A stretch of DNA of 64,000 nucleotides from Welwitschia mirabilis. Taxonomy: Eukaryota. The position numbers were made by a program, and so were the translations under genes. Below, in pieces: positions 12,352-26,138 of this stretch (position 1 is the first letter of the stretch; the number at the start of each line of letters is the position of its first letter). Below the pieces are notes generated by a model, which was not told where the DNA came from, did no database searches, and saw only the letters and a program-made list of their open reading frames with translations. Location: assembly GCA_051453625.1 (NCBI GenBank), contig JBOZIK010000001.1, positions 49,199,645 through 49,263,644 on the forward strand, written 5' to 3'.

Positions 12352-15300
12352 TAAAGGATTTGAAATCCCATAAAATCATGCTCAAACAAGAAGAAAGCAT
12401 ACAAAAAATACAAATTGCTGTAAAAATCTAAAACATCATGTATGGTTAGAAAAATAAAAAACAAAAAAAAGCTAATTCCTCAAATATGGAGTCCCCCACC
12501 CCTAGCCATCCTAGGGACAATGGCTGGGCACATTGTTTAGTAGTATTTAATCATAATTTGTACATGATTTTGGGCAAATAATAGTTCATCTCTATTTGAA
12601 TGGCCCAAGATTTTCTTCATCAAGATCTAATAAACTCTCCTTAAATCTTTCAAATTCCCACTAATCTTGGACTTTTTGACTAGGAGAATGCTCAAGACAA
12701 ATACTTGCTTGCCAACATTATGTCTTTGATATCTTTTTAAATCTAGATATTAAAATGTTGACATTAGTTATGCTAAATTATCCCAACACTCACCCCCTTA
12801 ATGACAACATTTTAAGAACACCCCCTTGATGTGTGCACTATTCCATTTCATGCACACATTTTACAATAACCCAAAATTCAACCCAAGATGTTGTAAGGCC
12901 AATTATGTACTCCTAACAAATCTTGATGTTAACTGAGTAGTTTTCTCATTATCTCCTATTTTGATGAATTACCTATGTCTCAACTTACATTATTCTAAGC
13001 ATTTTAGTCTCTACCCTTTACTTCACTCTAGTCTATCTAGAGTGAAACACGACCATCAAGTAAACTTAATTGAACTAGTGTGCCTTATTCTAATTTTAGT
13101 CCACACAATACACAAAGAACAATAAATGTAACTTGAAAGGGGTTAATATGCCTTCTTCATATTCTAGATCACCTTTAGTATACTTTTCAATGGGGTTTAT
13201 AAAATATGGAATTTAAGACACTTTGTTGGCATAAAAATAGTTTCACCTCACCCCCTTGACAACAAAACATGAATTTCTATCTTTGCTTAGATGCATACTT
13301 CCTTTGCCACATATTTGACTTTTCTCTCCTCAGTGAGATTAAAGTCTTCTTCTTTGTGGATGCTAAAATTTGCCAACTAATGACTCTTCTCTTATAATTC
13401 TTTCAGTTTATGCTAAGGCCACCTGTAACACCCCAATTTTAATTATCCTAATTAACCATAATTTTTTTTGTATTAATAATTAACATGCACAACGGAACCT
13501 AGGATCAAATCCTATTTAGATTCTATTAACACATTGTAAGATTTTTAAAATAATTAGAAAATACAATTATTACTTAACCNNNNNNNNNNNNNNNNNNNNN
13601 NNNNNNNNNNNNNNNNNNNNNNNNNNNNNNNNNNNNNNNNNNNNNNNNNNNNNNNNNNNNNNNNNNNNNNNNNNNNNNNTCATTAAAATTGATATCAAAA
13701 TGTTTTACATAGTTTAGAAACCCTATTAATTAAAGCTTACAAAATGTAGGTTATAAAACTACCTCTTGTGAAACCTCCTATCTTACGCTAGGTAAAATAT
13801 GCTTTACTTTGAAGCTTCTTTTCTATACACAAAACGAATTGTCTTGAATGTTGTTCAAAGACCATCAATATCGTAGATGATCTCTTTCTTTACAATGGAA
13901 TCTCGCCTTCTAGAATTATTAGTTTTTTTCTCTTGGACTTTTGAGATCCTTAATTTTACTCTTTTAATATTTGGCATATTCATCCCTTTTCTTATATTTT
14001 TCATATCTCTTATCTTTGGATCTCCTCCTATGCATGTCTTTCATGTTCTCATGTAAATAGAAGTAATTCTTATGATGATTCAATCTCTCCTTGATCCTTT
14101 GTATCTGCTATCCTTCTCACTGCTATGCCTCCTATTGCAGAGGTGATCCTTATGATAAGCATAATCATCTTTATCTGAATGAATCTTGTTTTTCTTCTTT
14201 GAAGGTTTTAAAGTGATATGGATGGGCCCCAACTAATCTTGATGATTCATTATGTAAACTTTTCTTTTGTTTTTCATAGACTAATCTAAAACACGATCAT
14301 TAGTCATATCCTTATCAACCTTATAAACTCCATTTACTCTACCATCACATTTTGATTCACCAGAGACCATGTCCATCATACCATGTTCGATGTTTCTGCA
14401 ACTTGCATCTAGAGAGCGATCTCTTTTTGTGTTTCTTACTTCATATCTCATTTCAATATCTATTATTCTTTATAATTCTTGACTTCTTATTTCCTTGCAC
14501 AAGCTTTTGAAGTGGAAAGTAACTTTCATATAAAAGTTTTTCATTCTATAAATTACACCAATGATGTGCGATAATCTATAGTACCATTTCGTCTAAGAAA
14601 GTGGCTGATAATGCTACATTATGGTCATGGTCACACCTTTCTAGCATGAAAACATGGCCTCGTAAAGCATGATTTAGCTTGCCTCATTTTTTAGATTTCA
14701 ATCAGCACCAACACACATTAAAATCTCTCCAACTTTGCATCATCCATGTGAACCATCAAATGGAGTAGGGTTTCTCCTATCAGCACATCTCAGTGATCGA
14801 TCATAATTGAGACTGTGCCTGCTTTAGCCTCTTTTATGATTGAATCAGTCTTCATTTGGACATATTTGGTGTGAATGAGCCTCGATAAGGATGTAATAAT
14901 TCTATGAACTACGGCATGATCTCATAGCAGAACATTGAAATGCATAAGACTATACAAAACTTCTTATTCTTATCAGTTTAATCTATGACTAGCATTTAAG
15001 TAGCGCTAGAGCCAGCTCTCCATCTGAAGGATTTAAAATCCCATGAAATCATGCTCAAATAAGATGAAAGCATACAAACAACACAAATTACTATGAAAAT
15101 CTAAAACATCCTGCATGGTAAAAAAAAAGCTAATTCCTCAAATATGGAGGCCATAGACCTTGGTCATGCCAGGGAGAATGGTTGCACACATTTTTCATTA
15201 GTATTTAATCATAATTTATACATGATGTTGGGAAAATAGTGGTTCATCTTAATTTGGATGGCCTAAGATTTTCTTCACCCAAATCCAACAAACTCTCCTT

Positions 15301-15446
15301 AAATCTCTTAAATTCCTATCAATCTTGGACTTTTTCGCTAGAAGAATGCTTAAGCTAAATACTTGCTTGCCAATATTACATCTTTGATATCTTTCCATAC
15401 TAACATATTAATATGTTGGCATTAGCTCTGCCAAATTATCCTAATA
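12352..15446 (-). mobile_element. Small LTR retroelement (element B) with ~430 bp LTRs and perfect ATTAG TSD
   Basis: Direct repeats lie at 12352-12788 and 15025-15446, with ATTAG on both flanks (12347-12351, 15447-15451). The PPT is CTCACCCCCTT (rc AAGGGGGTGAG) at 12789. GCTCTCCA just left of 15025 equals the rc Met PBS GCTCTGATACCA minus GATA. Confidence 0.9.
13424..13758. mobile_element. Probable solo LTR (TGTAACACCCC start, Tekay/Del-like) nested in element B, spanning a gap
   Basis: Starts TGTAACACCCC, with flanks CCACC / CTACC (4/5 match). The centre is lost in the N-gap at 13580-13679. Confidence 0.4.
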
Positions 15447-17149
15447 ATTAGAATATCTTTTAGATATAATAAGCTATGCGATTTTAATTATGGCTACTAC
15501 AAATAAACTACTAAACAATGGACATTGAAGAAAATTATCATGTTACTTTAAGAAAATACTTTTTATATAGGTTAAATAATAAATTTTATAGTAAATAAAA
15601 TTCATAACTATTATTAGGAATTAAAATAACATTGGTGAAATGTTTAAATGAATTAGATTAATTAAATATAAGATATCTTTTATATACTACAATTTGAAGT
15701 AAAATGTATTATCTCTAATTGCATTATTTAAAAAATGATTTACTATCATGGTGATAATAAAAATGGAAACATAAAGGTTATTAATGAAGTAAAGACCTAT
15801 CTCATGGATTAATTGGAAAGAAAGATAATGTGCTTGAATGGTAGATAATCAACATATTATAAAGGAAGACTAGTTTTCTTGAGGATTAAATAATAGGTAT
15901 TCCATTTTATGGTCATAAATATGGATAATCTAATAAAGTTTTGGAATTAATCACTATGATATGTTATATTAAACATGCAACATTAGAGAGGATAGCTTAT
16001 CTTAGAGAATTTCTTAAAGATCTAAATATGAAAAAACTAGATTATGAGACATGCATTTTAAGGAACGCCATAAGATGATCATGCAAAAAGAGATATGATA
16101 AAGCTCTAAGAAATTTGAAGCTGGTGCACTTTAGTATGTTTAAACTAAGGTTATATAAACTTTTGGGAGGTAATACTAGTTGTTCACATTTATTAATGAC
16201 TAATTTAATATATCATGAATAATTTACTTATAGTGAAAATTATATCTTGGTTACCAAATTAAAAATTTACTTGCTTAAGTTTTTTAGGGAATATAATTAT
16301 GTCTCAAAGGAATTTGATAAGTTTTTGAAAATGAAAGAAATATGTCATAAAACAAGAGATTCAAACCAATCATATAAAATCATGTTTTAAAATGAATGAA
16401 TTATATGCTTCTTAATATAAAACAAGCAATTATTATATCTATGATAGTCCTCACTTACTTATGAGGGGAAACATCCAATACAACTATTTTAACATTGAAT
16501 ATTTTATTGAAAAAGGGAAAAATCCATCTAATAAATTATTGATAGTATCTACTAGAAGTGTCAAATGTTATTAAGTGTTTAAATTGCATTGTTATGCATT
16601 ATTTTATAATATATCTAAATCTCAAGAAAGGAATATGTTTTGTATTTGAAGTCAATGCAAAGGAGATTTAAAGCAATTTTATAGGGACAAAGAAATAACA
16701 TTTCTTTCATGATGTAATTAACTATTATATTCCATTTTATAAAATTTAATTTACTTAAGTATTAGACAAGTTAATCTCTTGTAACGTTATATAACTCTTT
16801 TTATGTATAATTTTTAATATGAAACCTTTTTTTAGTCAAAGACATAGTCGACAAAATTATTACTTCTTATAAATAAGGATGTCTCTATATTTTTATTAAA
16901 AATAATTTTGAGTACATTTAGTATGGTTAATTTTGGTTAATAAGTATTTGTATAAAAATTGTTAGTAATTTACATTAGTTTTTATTACATTTATTTAATT
17001 AAAAATAATAAAAATAGTAAAAATTTTCTTTCATAATTCATAAGAAAAGGAGTTATAAATTAAATATATGAAAATGCTAAAGCTAATTAGCTTCATTATT
17101 TTATATAAAAGCATCCAACATACATGGAGATGTGTATCATAAAGTTCTT

Positions 17150-17900
17150 ATGAGAAAGTTTATTTAATCTACTCTTCCTTTTAGTAGAAAATATAAGCCA
17201 TCCTTCTCCTATTGGTAGGTACTTCTCATCTGTGCTCACATTAAATTACATTATTTCATATTTCTTAAGCTATCTATAATTCTTGGGTTACTACCGGATG
17301 TTTACTTCAAACTCTTGAAAATCTTATCCACTAGAATGATTTCCTCTAATAAATCCTTTATCTTCAAAATTAAGAGCTACTCTAGCAAAGATTTCACTAC
17401 TTTTTTCTTTTGTCAGAAATAGATTAAGAAGATTAAAAATGTTTGTTCATCATTTTAATTATTAGATTAATTAATCTCAAGCTTAAAATATGTTCAATCG
17501 TTTTAATAATAAAAGAACTTCTTATTGAATTTTATATTCTTAGCTTACTACTCTTCATATTCTCTGAACTACTTAAAGTAATTGTGATTTTAGACTTAAA
17601 AGAATGGTCACAACTATAGACACATGCATGCTAGTTCCCTGAAACATTTATGATTTTAAAATAATCTAATCTTCATGCATATAAATAAAAGTTAGCACAT
17701 TTAAATTTTAGAGAACTTATATAAGATCTTTTTTTCCTTATAATTAGAGGCTTCTTACTCCTTCAAAAATTTGTATCTTTAATTAGTTACTTTTTTATAA
17801 TGAGATTTATCTTGGTGGTTAACTTTCTCATTTTATAAGATACATTTTCCTCTATCCTCTCTATGACATAAAACAATCTCTTATTCATTTCCTTTGATCT
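17150..17900 (-). pseudogene. Possible second L1 ORF1 remnant
   Basis: Minus strand reads FARVALNFED (~17360-17395; cf. FARV.V..D), followed by a decayed C..C...GH-like stretch. Support is weak. Confidence 0.3.
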
Positions 17901-19408
17901 TATTAGGTAGCTTCTTTTACCTGGGAATGTGCTAGCTACTCTTTGGGGTAGTATCACATCTATACTCTCTTAATAATTACTCGCCTTGATGAGTCCACTA
18001 ATGTCTTGAAATGGTGAAAATTGTTTTCAATCCATTATAAAATTCTATTAAAACTATGAAAGCTTCAAAATAAAGGAATATTAAGTTGCAAATTCTCCCT
18101 TCTTTCTCTTCGAAGCATGCTATTATTCATAATATTAAGCTGCAAATTCGATGTAACTCCCCTCCTTTCTTTATAAAGCTTTTTTTTTAAAAGATTTTTT
18201 CTTTATTTAGAGTCCCCATAGATTAGCATTATAATCTCTCTTTTATTTTTTTGAATGAAAAAGGATTTCAACCAAAAAATTTATTAAGTTAAAAATATAA
18301 AAGGGGGTATAAATTAATAAGAAAATATTCAACCTATGACATATTTATTTTATTTATTTTAATAAGTTTATAATATAAGCCTAAAATGTAAAAATACATG
18401 ATAAAAATAAATGGTAAATATATTTAATTAAATAAATGAGTAAAGATTGATTCTACTACACTCAACTTTAGCTTTTTCTTTCTTATGTTTGATGATTATA
18501 GATGTAATGAATTTTAAAGTAAATGAGAATGTCAATATGTCTGTTTACTCTTATCCATAAATTAAGGAGAATGAAAGGGTTATTTTACTCTATCATGAGT
18601 TTTATTTCTTTAAATATTTGCAAAGGTACTTGATTTAAAAAATGTTTTTTTTATTCATTAGATTTAAAAACATTTATCTCATTGTGACTTGTAAGTAAAT
18701 AGAAAAATATTCATTCTTCTAATGCATATTATATTATTTAATGCATGTTTTGAATCAATTAAAATCTAATTATAAGTTTATGATAATTAAGAAACAAGTA
18801 GCATAAGGAAATGATGCATATATTTAAATTTTCTAATTAAGTAAGAAAACTACTTAACCTAGATAGGTATATATAATATAAATATTATATCTTCTTATCA
18901 TTCAAACAAGCTATTAATCTATCATCAAATACATCATCATTTTATATCATTTAACATTATCTAACCTGTAAATGTTATATATCATCCAGTTACATCTAAT
19001 TTAGTGTAATCTATTAGCTTATACACATTCATTTTTATGGTATTTAACTAATTATTCAAATATATTTGGTTATGTATTTATTTATAAATATATTCTTCCT
19101 CTCTTATATAAATTAGATCCTCTCATGCAAGTATACCATGTAAAATTTCTCTTGTCTTTGTCTTTTTCTCTTATATTCTTATTTTTTAATGTTAAATTTG
19201 GAGCTTAAAGCTAAGAATCTTGAATTATCAATTCTTTATCAAATAGTAATCATCAAGTATTGTCTACTTAACTTTAATCATCAATTCTTGATTTATTTTC
19301 CAATTTCACTTAAACATACCTTAGATTCTATAAATAAATCTACATTTATGAGACCTAAAATTCCCTTGGGAACCTTGTGAAAGAATGATATTCATGGTCG
19401 AATTATGT

Positions 19409-20873
19409 TATTCATTGTAGTAAAATGCAAACATCAAATAAACTAGGTAAGGACTTTGTATCTTTCTTCCATTGGGCTATTTGAGCCAAACATAATAAAA
19501 GTATTACAATAATTTCAATCTTGCAACAATAGTCAAGTAAATGTAAAATTAAGAGTTAGAGAAATTTTGGTAAACTTTGATTAGTGACATAGAAAAACAA
19601 ACATACTTCAAAGGTCTAGCTTGAATTGTCTAATAACCCACATTTGACTTATTGATTTTCTATGATTCCTAAAACATAGGATTAAATAATCAAGTCATGA
19701 TGGCTTGGACATGATGACATAATCTCATTTACCTAATGAGTGTTGGTGAATTCAAGTCACTTGGTTCTTCATAACCCTTTATGTACATAGAAAGTAAGAA
19801 AAATTGTACTTAAGATCTATAACATAATAGCAACTATAACAGATAGTTAACTTTAGAAAATTCACTCAGTAGTGATAGAAATTGATAATGTATTCACCTA
19901 ATACTTAAAAGTATTATGTTAACACACATTATAAATTAAAGAATGAATAACTACTTTTATAGTAACATCAAAAATAATCTTACCTAAGGATTAAAAGTAT
20001 CATGTTAAGGTTCACTAGAAATTAAATAATGGGTAACTTATTATTATATTAAATTAAGAAATAAATTACATTAAAAAGGGAAGATGAAGCTGAAATAGAC
20101 ATCTCAAACTAGCCTTCGAATAAGTTTGCTCTTAAGGGAGGTGCTTAAAAATCTATGACATTCTTATGCTCCAAGTATTTCCACTATTTTTCCCAACTAA
20201 ATATCCTTTACAATGAGGGATTACGGTCCTTTTGTAGATGAGGTAAGGCTTATGAATATTCTCCATATAGTAATTGGTGGTCGTTACATAAGTGGGGTTA
20301 TACTTTTGGGCAATTACATTAGGAGAAGGTTACAAATTTTCTCATGTAGCTTTTAAGAGAAATCTTTATCTTATAAAGGAAAGTGGTGGTAACATGGCCT
20401 TTGAATGATGAGACTATTATTACTAAACGTTATTACCACTTGTAGTTCACATCATAATAGTCATTACTATCACATGTTAATGTGATGTATTATTTTGCAT
20501 CTCTGCAACATATTGTCAAAGATGATGATTGATTTTGATTTAACTTCTAACTAATATTGCAATTTGAACGTAATGGATTTTTATAAATATGTAAGAATGT
20601 AGTTTTGAATACATTCTACCCTAAAAGACTAGTGACACTAGTGACCTAGATGATAGTGCTAGTAATTTCAGATGAAATTTTTTTATTTCATAGAATGTTT
20701 TCCAAAAGGTATAGATTAACCTAAACATGTTATGGAAAAGTTCATAATCTCATACAACTTGGTAAAAAGGGTAAAAGACACAATTTTATGATAAAACAAC
20801 TATTTTGATGTCTTTGCCTATGCTAAATTAATCAAATATACTTGCTATAAATGTTAATTTTTGCATGTAAATA
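19409..20873 (-). repeat. Solo LTR, family A (diverged)
   Basis: Both ends match the reverse complement of family A termini (TATTCATTGT... / ...ATGTTAATTTTTGCATGTAAATA). The internal block CATGATGACATAATCTCATT...AAGTCACTTGGT is the rc of a conserved family A LTR block. No PBS or PPT is adjacent. Flanks are TATGT/AATGA. Confidence 0.75.
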
Positions 20874-21009
20874 AATGATAATTAAAATTATCTACACCAC
20901 AAGAGATAATCCTAATTTTATAAATTTAAGACTATTACCTTTATGTTGACATCTAGATAATAACTTTAAAAATTATAATTTATAATGATTATTAATATAT
21001 TATAGATTT

Positions 21010-21085
21010 ACATAAAAATACCAAGCTAACCATGTGTACCAAGTTTGACATAAAAATACCAAGCTAACCATGTGTACCAAGTTTG
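21010..21085. repeat. Perfect 38-bp tandem duplication
   Basis: ACATAAAAATACCAAGCTAACCATGTGTACCAAGTTTG x2. Confidence 0.95.
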
Positions 21086-21399
21086 CTATAATTTTTACTC
21101 ATGATATGAACATAGAATCTACATTAAAACACTTAAAAACATGAAAGTATTATCTTATAATCATACCATTTTGTAAAGAAGATAAACCATTTTTTAAAAC
21201 ACAACCTATGTGGCTGTTTAGGTATATTATGGTATTAACAACTTTATATATCTTTTATAACCATTTAATAATGATATGATAAAATCCTTTAACAACCTTA
21301 TTCTAATGACACGTTCCTCTACATGTTTTTAGATGATTTTTTAAAACATAAAAATAGTTCTTAAACCTAATTAAGGTATAATTATCCTAATTATGAAAG

Positions 21400-22500
21400 T
21401 AAAAATATCTAATTTTACATTTAATCATTCTTTAAACTTTAGCTTTAAATACTTTGAATATGTTCAAAGCTTGAGATTTTATCATCATACAATATACCTA
21501 ATCCACAAGCTTGATCCTGAGGCCCTAGATGCTCATAGAGTGGACGTGTTTCAACATGTTCTATGTTGGATACACTTGCCCTACGTTGGAATTGCAATTG
21601 TAATGGATTAATATATAGTTATGATATTACTTGAATAGCTACAATGGTTGGTTATGATTGCAAAGATGGTTAAAATGGTTGTGATTTTGTAATGATATCC
21701 ATTAAAGTTTGCATCATCTCTTCCATTCTCTTAATCATCATCGCTTGTTCTTAGGACATTATAGCTTTTTTAGGTCTGGTGGATTACCTCTTGCTTTAAT
21801 CAACTAACTCTTTTAAAATCCTAAAGTTTTCTTCTAGTGTTTTGTTAAAAATATTTCCACTACTTTCAAATATAAATGTTTCCTAATGTATCTATTTAAC
21901 TCTTAAATGAAAATTTGAAGAACTTAATGAAAGGGAGAATCATAATATAAGTTATATTAGAGTAACCTATAGAATCACTCATAAGATTATTCATAAATTT
22001 TCTCCTCTTTCTATTAAAAACTCATGAGCTATTTCCTAAGGCTATATAGTTTTTCATTCAAAAGGAATTTTCTCATAAAAATGTTTTTAAATTTGTTCTA
22101 AGTTAGAATAAGACCTTATATGATTTACAATTAGAAGTTTCCTTTCTTCTTTAGGGTAACTCTAAAAGAATTCATCTTAGTCTTCTTAGTGGCCATGGGG
22201 GCTAGTAAGTCCATCACGTTTTCAATCTCAATTAAATGTATCATGGGCTCTTCTCTATTAGTTTCATGGAATGTAAGTAAAAGCTATACATTTCAAATTT
22301 CAATGTTTGATCTAGGAGGTAATACTAAGGGTTTATCATAAATTTATCCTCATTAAAAATTCAAATCCTTTTGTGTAAGTCTAGTTTGGTTTAAATTTCC
22401 TATGTTTTTTGTAGTTCCAAAATTTTCAAATCATTAAAGAGTTGTAGAAGTGCTTTTAATTACTGTTGTAAAGCTAAAATACATTTCTAGATTAGATGGT
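21400..22500 (-). pseudogene. Ty3/gypsy (Athila-like) gag remnant
   Basis: Minus strand reads LVLPPRSNIEI..LLLTFHETNREEPMIHL (~22230-22335; cf. LP.FHG...EDP..HL). A retrotrans_gag-like pattern follows (~21960-22170). It resembles the gag at 34600-34940. Confidence 0.65.
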
Positions 22501-22957
22501 AGTAGTCTAAGGTACGTAATTAGCATTATGAAACTCCAACTAGTTGGTTGTGGAATTGGGGTATTACATACTATAGAGTTTACATATGTTGATATTGCAA
22601 GTTATCCCAATTTTGTTATATATGCTAGATTAATTGATACTTTTGATGGCCTTATTTATTAAAATGGAGGAGTAAAGCATGCCATCCAAGGGGAGGCATG
22701 CATAGTTTTGGATATAATATTAACATTTATTAGGGTTTGTTTAGGGTTATCTTTTTTAATTGGTTTGCAATTATGCACTTAACTATCTACTCTTACAAGC
22801 ATGTTTTGAATCCCTTGGATGTGGTTAACTATAGAAGTTGGAGAGTACCAATTGGTTGTGGGCATATTATTTTATGATAATTTCTCTATGACCCTTTTCC
22901 TATTTTTTATTTCTTATTAGATTTGTTGTTGAATCTATTCTAGCACATATGGGGATC

Positions 22958-25900
22958 TATTTATTTTATACAATAAATCAGATTTAAAATTAAGTAAGAA
23001 CCTAGTATCATTTTTTCACATAGATAATTGGGGTTGGCTAAATAGAAATTGCACAATCTTGCTCATCATGTGAGTTATAAAAGAAGCAAAAAAAGAAGAG
23101 ATATTAAGAAATTAGTATTAAAAATTCATTGGAAAAAGTGGAAAGCAATCAAGCTCTAAGTGTTAGCTCAATTTGTCTTTCTGCAATTTCTCACTCAACC
23201 ATATGCTGCATAGTCCTAAAACAAAGTTTAAACTATTAAGTATGATGGATTAGATCATGATGACATAATCTAATTTACCATATAAGCATTGATGAATTTG
23301 AAAGTCACTAATCCTTCACAGCCTTATAATAAAAATGGAAAGTAAGAATTCTATGTACTCAAAATCCATAAATTACTAAGACTTATACTAATTCACTTAA
23401 TGAATTTACTAAGTTAACTAAATAATCTTTCTAATATGTCATTACTTAAGAATTCCTAGTATAAAATGATTTGAGACTAGTAATTAAAAGAAAAATAACT
23501 CTTCAGTATTGAATCAAACAAAGGCATATTACATCAGAGATAGAAGCCAGCTAAAGGACTTCTCAAGTTATCCTTAAAAGTAATCTTACTCCCTAAAGAA
23601 GAAATTATAAGGCCATCACAACTTAATACCCTAAAGGTTCTATGCTTTTGCTAAAATAAAGGATATTATAATGGACATCTAAAGATCCTTTTATAACTAG
23701 AGGGGTGGGGAGTGGAGGGAGGGGTTGGAGTTACACATCTTTGGCTTATAGCATTAGGTGAGTGATCACAAAATAATGGTATTAAGTAGGGAACTTATCA
23801 TTTTCATTAGGTAGAAATCATCATGATTTCTACGACTATTTCCAACCATTATTGTCGTCATATGTGTCTATTATCCTCTTACTCAGTAATGCCAATGTCA
23901 CTATTGTGTGTTGTCATCATCACTTCCACATCTTATGAAAGATGCAATATACTTCTAAGGTGAAATTTGATCAAGCCTATTACTACATTTGATCCAAATT
24001 TTCATGACAAGTAAAGAACATGAGATTTGAAGTGATCTTCTTATCAAGGCTAGTGGCGATGAGTAACTTGTATAGTAGTACTGACATTTTTTGTAATGTT
24101 TCTCAAAATATATTGGAAAATAATAAGTTTATAATTAATATAGAAAAACAATAGAAGACATGTTTTTATGATAATTTACTTATAGTAACATCTTCTATTA
24201 AGATAAATTAGTTAATTAGCATGATCAAGATGTCAATTTTTGAAGGTTAATACACCCCCAACTAAACTTTTACTAGATCCTCAGTAAAAAGTTGATAACT
24301 AAATGAGTAACATGGAAAACATATCTAAGGTGAAACACTCAAGAGTTAAAAATGATATATCTTTAAAAGAATTATTATAATTTTCTAAAATTAAGGCATC
24401 AAAATTTAAATCTTTTACAAAATCAAATGTCATACCTTCTAACTAAGACTAAACTTTATCCTCAAATTTTAATGATGAAAATGTTAAAACCATTATGAGA
24501 ACATATCCTTAAAGATATATTAATAAGTCCTTTTATTGAAAGTAATGTAAATTAATGCAACTAAGCTACAAAAAGAGAAAAACTAACTAATGCAAAATGA
24601 CCATTTTATTTATTCTTAGAAATTCTAAGTGAAAGTTGTCTATGCCTTAAGTTTTATTTCTTATGAAATGTGGGTGAAATAAAATGGGTGGTGCAAAGGG
24701 AAAAGGAAAATGTATCAAAAGATTTAATCATAAATCAATGAATAAATAAGCAAATCCATCTAAGTTAATAACCTTTATTATGTTATGTATTTTTTAATGG
24801 ATTTCAAGGTCAACTAAGCATAGACTTAACTAAGTAACTTTATAGGAGATTAAGAAATTAAAATGAATCTTAAGTATAAACATAAGACCTATAATTTCCA
24901 CATTTTTATTTCCTTTGTTTTTTATTTCTATGAGTATATATATCCTTATCTTATGCCTCTGAATTACATTAAGCATCCAAAGTTATAACATTTTCTTTAA
25001 ATAGAGTTAAGCATATTATTTTATAAAGAAATCAATACTATATTACTAGTGATTGTTTATAGCCACGATGTAGTTGATTATATTGTAGTTAGATCATTAA
25101 AGTTACATTGACAGTGAGCGTCCATAGCTCCAATTCAATTCACTAGACCCAGTTAAGTGATTAATAAGATGTGCATTTAAAGAAGAGATATTATTTTTCT
25201 TTTATTTTCATTAGGATAATAAGCCAATGAATCCTCTAAAAATATATAAAAAATGAAGGTTTTATGCAAGAGAGACCATCAAGAATACATTTTTTAAATT
25301 TTTTTGCTTTCTTTTTTTTTTTGAAATCTAGCCTACAGGAAGAATCTATCCTAAAAGAAAAATCTAATTTAAAAGTTAAAAATTCTCTAAGATGCTCAAG
25401 AGTATGGAAATAAAGGTTGGATGATTCATAACTTTGCAAAGTATTTTTAAGTGGGAGGGAATTCATATAGATTTTTATACAATATTCTATGAAATTTAAA
25501 AGAACATTAGAATAGGTATAAATATTTATATGTTTAAAATTAGGAGTAGTCCATCCCTTGACTTGTTTATGTTTATTTAACAACTCTTGATAGATATCAT
25601 TCTAAGAATAAGAATTAGAAATTACTTGACAAGGTAGATTTTCATTAGAGGAATTATTTACAAAGTCTTTATATGTGATTCCAATTCTACGGAAGGTTTG
25701 TCATTTCGTTAAGACTTGGAACTTCTTAATAAATAAAGATGAAGATAAAACAATTAGCTCATGAAGAAGTTGAAAAAACGATAAGGATTTCTTAAAGGAT
25801 GAACCATGTATGAGTTTTTTCTAATGTTATTTTCTTTCTTAAGGTTACTATGGAATTCCTCCTCATGCAATTGCTTAAGCAAAAATGGTTGTAATTCAAT

Positions 25901-26138
25901 GTTCTCTTGATTGAATTTGCTTAATTATTTATCCTTTTTTGTAGAACTCTCTAAAGTATAACCTTCCATAAATAGTTTTTCATTTTATGATGAGTACTGA
26001 TCATATCATATGTCTAATAATCAACAAGAGTATAGATTACTTATGAATAATCAATCATTTACTAGTGCATTCTTAAAGTTAACATTCTCATGAATTTCCT
26101 CATTGGATTCTTCCTCATTCTGAATGGATGTGGCTTAA
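22958..26138 (-). mobile_element. Family A element, 3' LTR plus partial internal region, truncated by a Sirevirus insertion
   Basis: An LTR at 22958-24252 (rc of family A) is abutted by CACCCCCAACTAAACTTT (rc AAAGTTTAGTTGGGGGTG, Athila-type PPT). 25236-26135 is the rc homologue of ~7630-8580 (LNKHKQVKGWTTPNFKHIN vs LKKHKQAKGWIISDFKNIN). Confidence 0.8.

Larger units (their letters stand above)
2560..16750 (+). mobile_element. Degenerate Ty1/copia element interrupted by two nested LTR elements
   Basis: A putative LTR and Met-type PBS are followed by gag-like sequence (IIDFKM ~4660-4680) cut at 4701. It resumes at 11916-12351 and again at 15452. The integrase-like part reads TFGR..V.TFIND (~16160-16200; cf. 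T.GG..Y..TFIDD) and *GETSNTT (~16460; cf. WGEA..TA). Confidence 0.55.

Noticed and set aside
18860..19400. Possible small Copia LTR (TATAAAT then a pyrimidine-rich stretch) plus gag start
   Set aside because: No convincing PBS, second copy or protein motif.
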